Source of the DNA: an uncultured cyanobacterium
GTDB lineage: Bacteria; Cyanobacteriota; Cyanobacteriia; Cyanobacteriales; CAWCAG01
Direction: 5' to 3'
Assembly (NCBI GenBank): GCA_963803805.1
Contig: CAWDOD010000001.1
Location: 1 to 64,000, forward strand
DNA length: 64,000 nt
The notes below the pieces were generated by a model. The model was given only the letters and a program-made list of their open reading frames with translations, was not told where the DNA came from and ran no database searches. Every line of letters starts with the position of its first letter. The first letter of the stretch is position 1. Shown one piece after another: positions 1-13,807 of the stretch. A program made the translations under genes and the position numbers.

Positions 1-353
1 AGGGTTTTTTAAAAGAATTAACTGATTTATCTTTTGTCTTGCAAAAGGACTATTTATCGGTAAATGTTGTGTTGATTTTAAAAAATCAAGAAAGTCAATC
101 TCTGTTATCACTAGGTTTAGAAGTTTTTTGAGTTTAGCTAAAAAGCTATTCTAATTGTCATTTAAGCCCGAAAGTTCATCGCCTCGGAGATTCGCTGAAA
201 CCCTCATTGTTTCGTGGAGGTGATGAATCCCTTGTTCTACAGAGCTTAGAAGTGCTTTCTCTCTGTTGTTTTTATCGTCAACATGAGTGTTTTAGGGAGG
301 TGATGAAAAACCGCTTCTAGACACCAGGCAGAGCAAGGGTTTAAAATGAGAGG

Positions 354-742
354 GTTGCGACTTCCATTAGGAAGTAAAGAAGTTGAAACACCACCAATGC
401 CAGATTTGCCATTTCCGCACTTTTTCGTTGCGACTTCCATTAGGAAGTAAAGAAGTTGAAACAATTTAAAGTTGGTAGAGTTCCTTCTAAATCAGACAAG
501 TTGCGACTTCCATTAGGAAGTAAAGAAGTTGAAACGAATACGTTACTATCTAGTCCGATTTTATATGTGAAGGGTTGCGACTTCCATTAGGAAGTAAAGA
601 AGTTGAAACGGTTTTACCCATTTTGTTTCTCCTTGATTAATCTAGTTGCGACTTCCATTAGGAAGGAATCAAGTTGAAACTCTTTATAAGCTAGTTTATC
701 AGTCTGGAAATAGAGCTGTTGCGACTTCCATTAGGAAGTAAA
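354..742 (+). CRISPR. Mirror copy of array 26461-26850
   Basis: Repeat GTTGCGACTTCCATTAGGAAGTAAAGAAGTTGAAAC; same spacers as the main-arm array. Confidence 0.93.
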
Positions 743-995
743 ACTGAATACTGTACTCTTTTTGAGTATGGAATAACTAAGTTAGGTGACAATAAGTATT
801 TGGAAGCTATTTAATTTAGGTAGTTAGCAAAGGAGGTAGTCAAAGGGAATTGCCCTTTTTCCAGACTAATAATAGTTAGTATTTTGGGCATTTTGCACCT
901 GAAGCCCGTAAGTCATAGCACGATTTTACCAGCAAGTATTGACATTTTTGTCACCGTGTATTTAATAAAAATGTCACAGAAACCAAGAAGTAAAA

Positions 996-1711
996 GTGAA
1001 TACTCAATATCAAACATCAATAGAAAAATTACCGGCTCACGTAAGCCAAAAACTGGTAGAAAAAGGGATGAATTTTATCCAGTCTTTAGGACTAGAACCT
1101 GAGAAAGGTATACCTGTATTGATGATATGTAATCCAGATGAAACCGCAATTTTTTTCAACCCAGACGGCGAACCTGCTCACGTAGAACTTTTAGTTATTA
1201 AGGTTGAGTTCTGATCTAGAAGATGGGAAAGGAAAGTTCTCGTCAGGGTTTATAGCTTAAAATTGCCACTTACAATGAGGTGATTGCTTATTACTTTAGA
1301 ATGGGTAGGCAAGTCTTTACACAAAGGGTTTCTACTAAAAGAGTATACAGAAGAAAGAAAGAAAATTTTACCTAAAAAAATCTACATTAATGTGGAAACA
1401 GGACAAGAGTTTTGTACAAAGTCAACACCTAGCAAAGAACTTTTAATCGAGGCCAATAGTTTTCTGCGAGAAACGGCTAAAAAGCTTCCTTCTGGAAGCT
1501 TTAGAAGCATTCTTTAGGATAGATTATGAGAATGGATATTGCTATGAAGGCAATATCCTTGACCTATGTTCTAATTATAAATCCTCAATAAAAGAGCATT
1601 GTAAATGTTACACAGATTGGTGCGGAAAGAATTATAAGGCTACCGGTATGAGAAGAGTACCTCAAAGATCATTAGAGTAAAATCGAATTTCTTAAGAAAT
1701 ACGCAGCGTAG
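996..1711 (+). pseudogene. Mirror copy (frameshifted) of hypothetical protein 25497..26207
   Basis: Fragments 996..1214 and 1284..1517 match the 236-aa ORF. Confidence 0.75.
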
Positions 1712-2250
1712 CATCAATACCTTTAGCTGTATTATTGTTCAGCTAAAGGTATGGTTCTTGTCACAGAAACCACAAGCATTTTACCATGACAACTCCTGAC
1801 CCTCAAAAAAAATACAATCACTCCGAAAAAGGACGTAGCAGCCGCAGGAAGTACAACAAAAAAAACAGGCAGAAGTTAGAAGAGAAAAGAGGCGACCGCA
1901 AAGGAATGTGCGGTCTTTGCAAAAGAATAAGATGGCTTGTCAGAAAAAAACCTCCTATATGTTGACTTGCTTCCGCAAGGCAAATAAAGCAGCAATCCCT
2001 GATACTAGCAGCCATGTCAATTAAAATTAGGCTAGCTTCAACTAGCCTAATTTGTAGAGGCAAGAAATGTGGACAATTTGTCCACACCATAAGCTACTGA
2101 GATTGTAGTTACAAAATCATCAGTAGCTTTCTTGTAACCATCCATAAGTACTTAGACAAAATTAATTGAACATTTTGCTGAGATCGGGAACGGGGAACGG
2201 GGAACGGATGTATAACTAAATGGTAAATATACAAAGAATTTTGTACGACT

Positions 2251-2989
2251 ACTTACTTCCTCAAAAAAAAGTCAACAGTTCAAACAACATCATGAATATC
2301 AAAGGATCTGGTCATCGATTATCGCCAAAACTTCAGACAAAGGAGAACAAAACATAGCCATAGACAGGCGAACAAACAAACGTTACAACCGTATCATCGA
2401 CAAAGAATTTCAAAGCATACTAACCCCTAGACCCAACGACCATGGAGAAAACGACCTCAACTCTGCCACAGACTTAAGAAGTGCTTACCTATGCTTAGCT
2501 GTAGCCCGTGACGTTCAAGGTAGCATGACAGCCAAAACAATAGCCGCAGCTAAATTAGCAGGGCATCTAATCGAAGGAGAAAATGGTCAAGCCTTAACAG
2601 ACGCAGACCTAAGCAAACTAACCTACTCAATAGGCTACGGAGCTTACTATGTACCAGATGGAGTAGAAGTTCCCTTACTTGAGCTTCCCTTTTTCATCAG
2701 AAGCAAATATTGAACAACTACAACCAGAAGAAGATAAAGAAGAAAAAACTGAAATAGAACAGCTAAGACAGCAGTTGGAAAGTTACCAGAAAAGTAGTCA
2801 AGAAAGAATCAACCAGTTAGAAGAAAAAGTTAACCAGTTAGAAACATCACTTAAGCAGCAGAAACTTCAAGCTGAATCTCAACCGAAAACAGTCCAAATA
2901 AAGAGCAAAACTCAAACCAGGGACTGGGAGAGTATCAGCAGAAAAACCAACTTTTTGGTTTAGGGAAACATGAACACCCGGTCAGAGGA
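2251..2989 (+). pseudogene. Mirror copy of the internal protelomerase fragment
   Basis: Reverse complement of about 24222-24955. Confidence 0.75.
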
Positions 2990-3879
2990 AAGCTTCAACA
3001 AATCCAACTCCTCAGCCTGTAAAACCTTAGCCTCCATCGCCTGCAAATCTGCTGCCACAGGCTCCACATCCGCAAAATCAAAATACTCTGTTAGTTTGCC
3101 TAAAGGATAATTGTCATCCTTGTAACGGTGTTTAAAGTAAAGTTCTACATTACCCCTATGAGCCAAGTGCCTAATACTTCTATGTGAAGCTTGCCTAAAT
3201 GCTTTCTGACATCTCTAGTCACCTCAGCTACTCGTTCCTCAATAGTGCGTTTAGTAACACCAATTTTGTAAATGGTTTTTGCGGAGGTAGACACCCTTAA
3301 AAAGTAGAGTTGGAGTTCTAAAATACGCCGCAATTGGGCGCAATACATTTGCCAGTCGGCTTGTTTCACAGCTAAAGAAGCTGAATTAGTGAGCTTAGCT
3401 ATGTTAAAGGCAGAGTGAAATTGCTGCAACTTCTCCAGGAGTAAAGGTTCCTGAACTTGGTTAAACTCTTGGAGAGACAAGGCATTGACAGGAATCTTAC
3501 CCAAGTTAGTGAAGCCATAGCCAGGGGGTTGTAGTTGATTATTCCAAGCAAAAAGCTTCTTCAAAACCAGACTAAAAGGGACATGGACAGGAGAATAGTT
3601 CGTATGACCATATTCTCGCCATAGTTGTTGATGTTGTAGCAATTCCTGGGGAGAAAGATGGAGGTGAAAATTGTCGTAAAGGGGTAAAGAAGGGACTTTG
3701 CGGCGGGCCACTAGTTTACAAGTAGCATGGCTATGTGCAAAGTGATGAACTTTAACCTTACCTTTCTTAGCAGTTAAAGTATCGCCACAGTAAAGGCAAA
3801 TCAAATTAGTTTTACCTTTGGGTACATCTTCGACAGGAATGAGGTTGCCATCTTCGGCCAGACCATATTTGAGCCACAT
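2960..3879 (-). CDS. Mirror copy of CoiA-like Zn finger / GIY-YIG-like protein (frameshifted near the C-terminus)
   Basis: N-terminus is intact here (MWLKYGL...CLYCG...HHFAH); the main-arm copy has an intact C-terminus. Confidence 0.7.
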
Positions 3880-4035
3880 AAAACAGGAACTAATAGAACA
3901 AAAGTACTTATTCTAACAGCTACTGCTAAGCTGAGTAACTGTGGTGATGCTTCCTGATTTTTGATTTGATGCTAAAAAGTGCAAGTTAGTATGGAAGTTA
4001 TTGCGTATAAAGTGACTAAAAGAAATCAGACTAGT

Positions 4036-4682
4036 GTTTCAACTTCTTTACTTCCTGATGGAAGTCGTGACTCAAATAGAGAAGAAATAAGACTAGAAAG
4101 ATGGAAGAGTTTCAACTTCTTTACTTCCTAATGGAAGTCGTGACTGCGGAAATTAAAATAGCCCAAGTGGGCTATCCATGCGTTTCAACTTCTTTACTTC
4201 CTAATGGAAGTCGTGACACCCAGGCGATGAGGAAAGTTCCTCCCGCTGACCCCTACCCGTTTCAACTTCTTTACTTCCTAATGGAAGTCGTGACTTGTAG
4301 TGACAAGAACGCCCGCAGAAAAAATATTTGGGTTTCAACTTCTTTACTTCCTAATGGAAGTCGTGACATACAGAAGACACTTTCTTCTGGGCAGAATGAT
4401 AAAAAATATGTTTCAACTTCTTTACTTCCTAACGGAAGTCACGACGAGGCTGATATTCATGACAAGTGTCAGAAGAGATTCATTCGTTTCAACTTCTTTA
4501 CTTCCTAACGGAAGTCACGACAACATAGTCTAATGACTTTAAAGTGTACGAAAAACTTAGAGAAGTTTCAACTTCTTTACTTCCTAACGGAAGTCACGAC
4601 CTTTCTAGCGTACTTATCGATTATGAGGAACAATCACAATCAGTGCGTTTCAACTTCTTTACTTCCTAACGGAAGTCGTGAC
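4036..4682 (-). CRISPR. Mirror copy of array 22542-23171
   Basis: 9 repeats GTTTCAACTTCTTTACTTCCTAAYGGAAGTCRYGAC (one with a CCTGATGG loop); same spacers with errors. Confidence 0.93.
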
Positions 4683-5582
4683 CCCCTCATTTTAAACCCT
4701 TACCCTGCATAGTGTCTAGAAGCGGTTTTGGGCCATCCCCTAAAAACATCTATGTTGACGAATAAAACAATAAGAAAAAAGCACCTCAAATCCTTACAGA
4801 GTAATGGATGGGCCATCTCAACGAAAGAATGGGGGTTTCAGAGATTTTCTGAACATGCCCGCAACTAGACTTAAATGACAGTTGAACCATGATCTTTCGT
4901 AATAGGAAGACCACCCCAAACCTCTACCCTATCTAAGTTATGCCCTGAGATAGGATAAAATCTCAAACTATCTTCCTTTATATCTATCCTATCTTTAAGG
5001 CGAAAACGTAATTCAGCGTATTTTTCATCTTGAGCATTAATTTCTGTCTTATTAATCAACCTCAAAACTAAAGAATCTACCAGACTCCTTCACTTATTAC
5101 CAATGAGCAATAGGCAAGGAGGTTGAAGCCTTTTTGTTTAACTTTTATCAGGCTCATCCGCTAAAGCGTAGCAAGGCGATCGCAAAGAAAGGATTTCGTA
5201 AAATCGTATTCAGGCAGATGCTTCAGCTACCAAGGAAACAACTTCCTAGTTTTCTTAGCTGAATCACTAACACTAGTAACTATTTTGCTCATTGCGCTGC
5301 TGTTGCGTACCAGAAATAGGCTTTCTCTTCAGGTCATGGGTAGCAACGATTTCACCTGTCATCAAAGCTTCCTGGGACCTCTCCGGGAAAGTAGAGCGAT
5401 CACCTAGCTTTGCCCTTGTCTCTTGGTAAAGACTTATCGTATTGCAACCTAAAACTTCTTGAGTTAAAGCTTCTGTAGATTTCTTGTAACAGCTAGCATC
5501 CCCGCCTTTGTCTTTAATAGTTTTAGTAAAGTTTTTGCGAACTGTAGCTCCATCAACTCTAAACTGCTCTAGAGAGGGCTGT

Positions 5583-6903
5583 GACCTGATTGACTGACAA
5601 AAAATATTAGGTAGAGAGGAAATACCAAAGAGGAGAAAGAGATTGACGGAGTTGACAAACAGGAGGGGAGTCTCCGATTGTGAAAGAAAGAAACCACTCA
5701 AATCTTTCGCAATACGATGAAAAAAAACTCCCCTCTTTTACAATGCCTTGAATTCATGGCTAGGTCAAGGCAGCAATTGGAAACATCAAACACATCTGGT
5801 AACTTGCATCTGGATAATATTTGCCCTAATTCATACAGGTAGCGTCAATCTAACTAAATGGTCTGTTTATATACCTTGCCGAGGGCTATATGCTCAAAGC
5901 AAGCAAAGGCGTATTCAAAGGTGGTTGAATAATCCTCGAATCAATATACACAGACTCTATCAACATCTAATTAAAGCAGCACTAGACACTTGGCAAGAGC
6001 CGAGCATCTATTTAGGATTGGATACATCGATGTTTTGGGAAGAATATTGCTTGGTACGCTTATGTGTAATCCATAGAAGGAGGGCATTACCTGTAGTGTG
6101 GCGAGTGATGAGACACAAAAGTGCGAGTGTGTGTTTCAGAGATTATCAACAAATGCTTCAACAAGCACAGAGGAGATTACCAACAGGAGTAAAGGTAATA
6201 CTCTTGGCAGATAGAGGATTTATTCATAGTGAGTTGATGGAAATGTTAACCAAGCAACTGGGATGGCACTATCGCATTCGGCTCAAAAGTAATAGCTGGA
6301 TATTTCGAGGAGGTAAGGGCTGGTGTCTAATTAAGGATTTCCACTTCAATCGGGGAGAGGCAATTTGTTTACATCATGTCATGCTCCATAACAATCTCCT
6401 TATCTCAATTAGTCCATGTAGTTGTGTGTCGTACAACGTAAACGGTGAATTTTGGGCTATTGTCAGTGATGAAAAAACTACTCTACAGACTTTTTGCTGA
6501 ATATGGGTTACGCTTTGACATTGAAGAAAACTTTCTTGATGACCAGTCCCAAGCCTGGAATATACAACGCTCTTCGATAAGAAATGTCTGTGCCTTGTCT
6601 AGGTTGTTTTTTATTAGCTGTTCGGCTACCCTCAGCCCCCAAGGGGTCGAAGTTGTCGAGTTGCGAAGGCGGAAGATGGGTTTATGCTCATTGGTTTCGT
6701 GGCAAAGCTATCTTCGTATTGGTTGGGATTGGGTCAAGGGAGCCTTAATTCAAGGATGGAAACTTATTGATAGGGTTTGCTTTAGGAGACAGCCAAGACC
6801 CCTCACCTGCTATGGCTTCACGAAAGCAGCACCAAAAACGACTCTATCAATTTGAGTTCCAGGCCCAGTATATGCAACAACATAAGTTTTGTCAGTCAAC
6901 CAG
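5583..6903 (+). mobile_element. IS4-superfamily DDE element (mirror copy, more complete than the main-arm copy)
   Basis: TIR CCTG(A/G)TTGACTGACAAAA; motifs LADRGF and RFDIEENFLDDQS. Confidence 0.8.
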
Positions 6904-8048
6904 GGGGAAGCCTTTCATCAAGACTGCAAAGGTCCCATAAGGGTTGATGTGATTCCAAATGAGTGGAGTCAAGGCGCGAAAATCATCAGCTTGCATTTTG
7001 CTCATCCATGCAGAATCAGACAAAACCTCCTGTATCATCAAAGTATTAATGTAAACCAAAATAGACTGCAAAAGGTGCAAAGACAAAGCAGCATCTCTGG
7101 TTGTAAACGATTAGTAGTAATCTCTCAGCCTTAAACTTTCCAACTCTCAACAACATTAAGCCCCTCATTAACCTCCGACGCAGAGACTCAGAATGAGTGA
7201 CAAGAAAATAGTCTTAAGAGCCTTACCCAACTCTGCCAAAGCCCGATAAGTAGGATGAGTCAAATTAGAACGAGTAAAACGCTTCAGAATAGCCTCAGTC
7301 TCAGCAGTACCCAACCTCAGAGCAGTAGCATACTTAATCATTTGGCTATGCCTTAGTCGAACAAACCTCAATAGCTTAGAAAAGGGAGAATTTGAGAGAA
7401 ATTAAGAGAAAAGTTGAAGCTCTAAAAGGAAGTCAATACAAGTAAAAAGAAAGCAACAAAAAAGTTAAAAATAATCAAAAAACAATTAGAGTAATAAAGA
7501 TAGATGTAGAAGTGCTTAAAAGAAGTAAAAGAAAGTACAAAAAAGCCAGAAAGCAGACAGAGAAAGAAAAAGAAATCACGAATTTACAGAAAGTAAAATA
7601 AGTCAACAGAAAGTGGTAAAAACGCGAGTAAATAGTCTCGTAAAAGTGAAGATAAAAAAGAGAAAAGAGAAAAAGAAAACTAACGACTAGAAAAAAAAGG
7701 TCAATAAATAAAAGAAAAAACCTGAAAACTTTGTTTGACAAGGCATAGAAGAGAAAAAATAAGTAAAAATAAAGGAAAGAGATAATATAATATAAACAAT
7801 AGAAGCAAATTGTCAAACTAGACAATAAAGTAAAATGTGAGTAAAGCACAAAGACAGCTAAAAAAATAGAAAAATAACTTCATAAATCGAAAATAAAACA
7901 ACCTTTACTTCTTAACTAGTTTAAGAGATAAAATAGACTGAAGCAACGCACGTAGAAATAAGAGACGTTAGTAATAAATAAAAAGAAAATGTGAGTAGGC
8001 AGGCAAGAAGCATCAATATTCTTCAAATAGCATCAGGGAGGAAGAAAG

Positions 8049-9412
8049 ATGAATTGGGTAACTGAAGAACTTAAGTATGCAGACTTAGGAGATACAAGGA
8101 GAAACAAACGATTAGTAAAAATAGTAGAAGACTTAGCAGGTAGCCAAGCGCCAGCGTCACTCAAGCAGCAAGAGATGATGCAGCACTTCAAGGGTTGTAT
8201 GACTTTTGGTCTCAAACAGACGGATAAAACTAGGAAAGATTATCAAAGCACATACAGCCAAAACAAGTGAGCGAATCTCCGAGCTAAACTATGTAATCTC
8301 TTAATCCAAGACACAAGCAGAATCAGTATTATAGCCATGCAGTGGAGCTCAGTGGAGACAGGCAAGGATTAAAAGTCCACTATGTGCGAATACATCGGGG
8401 AGGACCGATGGACCAATAGGACAGAAAGTATGGGCTAGAGAGAAAAAGCATCGTAGCTCAGAACAAGAAGAAAAGAAAAAGACATAGAAAGTGGAGTCTC
8501 AACGCTGGATAGAAAGCCTAGAAAAGAGTCAAGAAGCATTACCATCAGGAGTAAGAGGAATAACAGTAGCCGACAGAGAAGCAGATATCCACAAGCTTCT
8601 GGTCGAATTACACAAACAGCTAGAAACGGCATTCATCATTAGAGCTTGCCAGAATAGGACGAAGCATAGAGTTAATTGAACAGAAGAGGAAGAAAAACAA
8701 CCACTATGGGATGCAGTGCGAGAGTTGCCCAGAAAAGGAAAAATAACTATCAAACTACAGAGAACACCGAAAAGGAAAAAAGTGGGCTACAGCTCTTCCT
8801 GTCTATAAGGTATGGAACAGTACCATTAAGACCACCGAACAGCAGAAGAAAAAAAAGGAAAGCTACAAATCAAAGAATACTGGCAGAAGAAGAAAATCCA
8901 CCACCAGGAGGAAGAGCCAGTAGTGTGGCTATTACTAACAAGTTTAGAAGTAAACAGCTTAAAGCAAAGCGAAAAAATTCTTGAGACCGTAACTTACTCG
9001 TTGGTTGATAAGAGGATCATTACACCTTAAGAGTGGCTGTAACCTAGAAAAACTGCAAACTAAGAAAAGCAGAGCGTATAGAAAGAGCCTTAGAAACCTA
9101 CAGCATAGTAGCCTGGAGTACTGCTATGGTTAATCTACTCTTCAAGGGAACACCCAGAGCAACCAGCAACAGTAGCCTTGAGTGAAGAAGAATGGCTGCC
9201 TCTGTACTTCACCATTCATCAAGACACCATCGGAAAAACGACACCAATACCTAGAAGCCACCAACAATCTATCAATGTGTAAGATGGATAGCCAGTTTAG
9301 GAGGATTTTTAGGGAGAAAATGTGATGGAGAGCCAGGAGTAAAAACATTGTGGCGAGGGATGCAAAGATGAAAGATATTGTGAGGAACCTGGACAATGCT
9401 CTGGTCGAGTAT
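8049..9412 (+). mobile_element. IS4 (IS50/Tn5-like) transposase, mirror copy, heavily frameshifted
   Basis: Matches 18034..19421. Confidence 0.8.
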
Positions 9413-9585
9413 AATAGAGCCGCTAATGGAGCAGTTGGGAGAGCTTCAACAAAGCTCACGGCCTACGTTACTAAAGCTTATAATATTTGTAAGAGAATCG
9501 AATTAGGTTTAATAACCAGTTAGAGAACTTGTACATTTAACCAGTTATTATAAACTATAACCAGTTAAGTAAAGAGAACTGAGGA

Positions 9586-11240
9586 ATGAAATCTCAACAG
9601 ATATATGAGGAAGCAAAAAAACAAAGTAACCTCAAAGAGCGTGCCAAGCTAGTAGTTGAGGCAATACGCCCCTTAATGAGCGAAGATGAGATTGCTCAAA
9701 TAGCCTCTCAAGAAGACAAATATCTGAGAAATCGTTTTTCCGTCTCCTCCTTGGGGAGCAAAATGAGCAGCGCAGGCTACAACAAACTCATCAAAAGCAT
9801 ACTTCTAGTAGAAGGAAAAAACGCCCAAAAAACCACCAAACTAGACGGACGCAACATTAGAGCCTACGAACTAAAACATTACTTCTTCAAATACTGTGGT
9901 CTAAGTAAATCAAAATTCTACCCAGACGGCAAAATTCCAGACGAGTGGGAAAAACGTAACAAAACCACCCGCATCTTAGAAAGAGCCAAAAACGCTCAAA
10001 GCTACCCTCTAAAGCCAGACCAACACATAGAAAAAACCTACCAACTACTAGAAAACCCCGACTTTGCTCACTTGGGAGCAGGACTAATCGCCGCCTCTGG
10101 AAGAAGACCCCACGAACTATTCAGAGGAGAATTCTAGTCCCATCGAAGGTGAGAAATGGGCAGTCATGTTCTCAGGGCAAGGCAAAAAAAGAGAAAACAC
10201 TGTCATACCAGAATTTGCGATCGCCACATTAGTAGAAGCAAAATACTTCCTCAAAAAAAGTCAACAGTTCAAACAACATCATGAATATCAAAGGATCTGG
10301 TCATCAATCGTTGCCAAAACTTCAGACAAAGCAGAACAAAACATAGCCATAGACAGGCGAACAAACAAACGTTACAACCGTATCATCGACAAAGAATTTC
10401 AAAGCATACTAACCCACAGACCCAACGACCATGGAGAAAACGACCTCAACTCTGCCACAGACCTAAGAAGTGCTTACCTATGTTTAGCTGTAGCCCGTGA
10501 CATTCAAGGTAGCATGACAGCCAAAACAATACCCGCAGCTAAATAGCAGGGCATCTAATCGAAGGAGAAAATGGTCAAGCCTTAACAGACGCAGACCTAA
10601 GCAAACTAACCTACTCAATAGGCTACGGAGCATACTATGTACCAGATGGAGTAAAAGTTCCTTTCAGAAAGGCTCCCTCTAGTCTTCGAAAGCACCAGAC
10701 CACAAGAAACCAGACAAGAACAACAAAACTGAAATAGAACAGCTAAAACAGCAGTTAGAAAACTACCAGAAAGTAGTCAAGAAAGAATCAACCAGTTAGA
10801 AGAAAAAGTGAACGCAGTTAGAAACATTACTTCAGCAGCAGAAACTTCAAGCTGAATCTCAAAATAGTCCAAAAGAGCAAACTCAAACTAAGGACTGGGA
10901 GAAGAAGACCAACTTTTTGGTCTAGGGAACATGAAGAGCCAGCCAGGGGGAAGGTTCAGCAGAAGAGAGAATCAGGCGTTCAGTAGACGAAATGGAACAA
11001 CCAGTTCTCTCCACAAGCAGACAAGAAAAAAAGTAATTCCCAACACCCAGTTAATCCGTTCAATATCAGGCAGTAATGCCCAGTTATCAGAAAATGGTTT
11101 GATGCCCATAACCACTACATCCTCGACCATATCAACAGTCTATGGCTTAACAAAAATGGTCTAACCTGAAACTATCACAACAGCAGACATAAGCCAGAAC
11201 CTCATAGGAATCCGGAAATGCTCATCGAACTAATAGTTTG
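9586..11240 (+). CDS. Protelomerase / telomere resolvase, mirror copy (frameshifted)
   Basis: Motifs ASGRRPHEL, FSGQGKKR, DLRSAY. Confidence 0.8.
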
Positions 11241-11305
11241 AGCTGTATAAACCAGACAATCAGTTAAGTAAATAATAACCAGTTGAGCAAATCAACTCTT
11301 CCTGA

Positions 11306-11930
11306 ACTAGCTGCCCAGAGTAAAGAAACTTCGTATTGATTAAAAGTTGAATCCTGCACCTCACAAGCGTCATATCTTCTAACTGAGCTTGTGCAATGAG
11401 CATTCTGTCAAAGGGATCACTGATGATGTAACAACGAGAAGCCCACTTGAAAGCATGACTAGCAAATCTCTACATTTTAGCACCTAGTCTCCTCATTTGA
11501 GTAGAGACATAATCATCTATTGGCTCTGGTAGTGGTAACTTACCAATAGAAACCTTAATTCCCATCTCCCAATACAACGGAAAACCTAAACTTATTGGTT
11601 TCATCAGCAATTTGTTCAATTACCTTCTCACTTAACTTTCTGGTTGAGCAAACCACCATAACCAGCATTGTGTATATCTAATAAAAGTTTTCAACTGCAC
11701 ATGGCCTCAGACGCCTTGAGAATATCTTCTGGTAAAGAAGCATTAAAATCATCCGCACAGTAACCATCCCGGTCTTGCCCCAGACTAGAACGTCGGTTCA
11801 AAAGTGTCCGAAAGGGAACAAGTTTAGTAATGGGAAGACTGGTTAGAAATAAGACTTCCTCGCCGAGTTCGACACGAGACAGTAGGTGAGAAAGGTTTGT
11901 TTTAGCCTGATGAATATTAATAGCTTCCAT
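11306..11930 (-). pseudogene. Mirror copy of the Phd-VapC toxin-antitoxin pair (error-ridden)
   Basis: Reverse complement of 15442-16079. Confidence 0.8.
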
Positions 11931-13060
11931 AAGAAGAGTCTATAAACTTAGTCTAGTCATACCAGACAAGGTGGACTAAAGTAATCAAGTTCAAGTCAGG
12001 TTAAGTAGTGGTGGGTATTTGGAGCCTATTTAATCTTGGTAGTCAGCAAGGGAGGTAGTCAAAGAGAGGGGATTATATATTATTGAGTTTGCTGACTACC
12101 GAGTAATGCAGATGTTAGTACAAGAGTGTAAAAGCTAGCACAGGTAAGTTATTTTAGCTTACGATTGCGATCGCACCAGGACTGTAGGCGATCGCAATTC
12201 GTAACCAAGAGGAGAAAAATGAGCGGATTTAGCTCTCAAGCCAAATCAAGAAATGGCAGGTATTTGGGTCGTGTCCGATTTCGGTGGTCAGCAAGAAAAT
12301 AGTCAGTAAGGAGTAGTCATAGGGAGGGGGATATATGTAATTGAGTTTGCTGACTACGGGTAATGCGTTGTAAGTACAAAAGTGTAGAAGTAAAGTAGAT
12401 ATAGGTTAGAAGCAGTGCGTGCACTGTCAAGATGGGCAATACAAGGGCAGGGCATTCGTGTCGTAGTAGTCAGGAAAAGGCTAGATTAGCCAAATCAAGG
12501 AACAGTAGTTGTTCGGGGCGAGTTCAATTGTGGTAGTCACCAAGAAATCGCTAGTAAGGGAGGTTGTCATGGGGAGGGGAGTGTATATAATTGAGTTTGC
12601 TGACTACGAGTGATGCTTATGGTAGTACAAGGGCATAGAAGCTAGCAAAAGCGAGTATTTGAGGTAAATTTGATTCTGGTAGTCAGCAAAGATATCTAGC
12701 GAAAGGCGATTACATCTCAAATTGCTGCTGCAACGAGTAGTCAGTAAGAGGAGAGAAATAATTTATTGTTAAGTTTGATGACTATTGGGTACTGGCAGTG
12801 AAATTTGTGGTAGGAACAGATACTTAATAAGTCTGCTCGGAAGCAAACTTGGGAAAGTTGGGACTGGACAGTTTAAAGGTAAGCTATTGAACTAGTTAAC
12901 TAAAAGACGAGACTGGTTATCAAATTAATTAACTAATTGTTTGTAACTCAAGGTAGCAGAACCATGAAAACCAAAGTAAGAGTTGTGGGAGCAAGAGTAA
13001 AGTCATTCTCTGACAGCCTTAAAAGGTAATTCAGGAATGGTTGGTGGTGCAAAAAGTAAC

Positions 13061-13280
13061 ATATCCCTCTTTGATCACGATTTTCTCCGAAAACATTTGC
13101 CATTGCTGAATCCTAGAAAAGCTTCGATATGTTATGCGATTGTAAGGATTTTTGTGAAGAAAAAGCTGGTGAGCAGTAAAATGGCCGAATCTGATTATCA
13201 GATTCTGTACCCTTTAGTATAGCGTTTGTCCCGAAAGTTCAAATAATAGGAGAAGCCGGAGTCTAACAGAAGAGGGATAT
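13061..13280. mobile_element. MITE-like ~220-bp insertion present only in the mirror arm
   Basis: Ends ATATCCCTCTT ... AAGAGGGATAT are inverted repeats with flanking TA. The matching main-arm site near 14290 (CTGATATATTG) is empty. Confidence 0.7.
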
Positions 13281-13759
13281 CAGTAAGCAAAGCTGTTGTG
13301 ATTAAGTTTTAGGAGTTAGACTTACAACCAGTTACGTCTCCTGTACTGGTTATAAAAAGTTGTAACTAGTAAATCATAACCAGTACAATAAAGCAGTGCC
13401 TTATTCTCTGAAAGTATTCACGCCTGCAAAGCCTCTACTGTAAGAGGTTGCATCTTGAACCCTGTATTGTAGAGGTTCAGAAATCGACTATTTAAAAGCC
13501 TAATTCAACAACTAGTTATGGAAAATCGTAACCACATGAGAATAAATAGCGAGTTTTAGAGCATATAATACCCAAAAGACGTGGAGAATGTATAGTTCAA
13601 GAGAAAACAGAGTATGCAGGCAGTAACAAGCTAAACCTGCAAACCGTTACAGGACAAGGGATTGCAGCAAGCTGCAACCATACAATGCAACGCATATATG
13701 CAAGAAATAGTCACTTAAATCTCCAAAAGACCGACATTCAAGCACTAAGACCCCAGATT

Positions 13760-13807
13760 ATATGTACTTAGTGTCCGTTAATCTGATTAACGGACATAAG
13801 TACATAT
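13760..13807. other. Putative hairpin telomere / protelomerase target (fold-back axis at 13784)
   Basis: Perfect core TGTCCGTTAATC-T-GATTAACGGACA (13772-13796), extended by ATATGTACTTA/TAAGTACATAT. It is the symmetry centre of the 27-kb inverted repeat, with a protelomerase gene nearby. Confidence 0.8.

Noticed and set aside
4101-4533. ORFs with repeated FQLLYFLMEV / VSTSLLPNGS peptides (also 246..464, 22613..23228, 26740..26958, 40706..40930, 41582..41788)
   Set aside because: Translations of CRISPR repeats, not genes.
7475-7849. Phe/Leu-rich ORF resembling a membrane protein
   Set aside because: By-product of the T-rich low-complexity tract.
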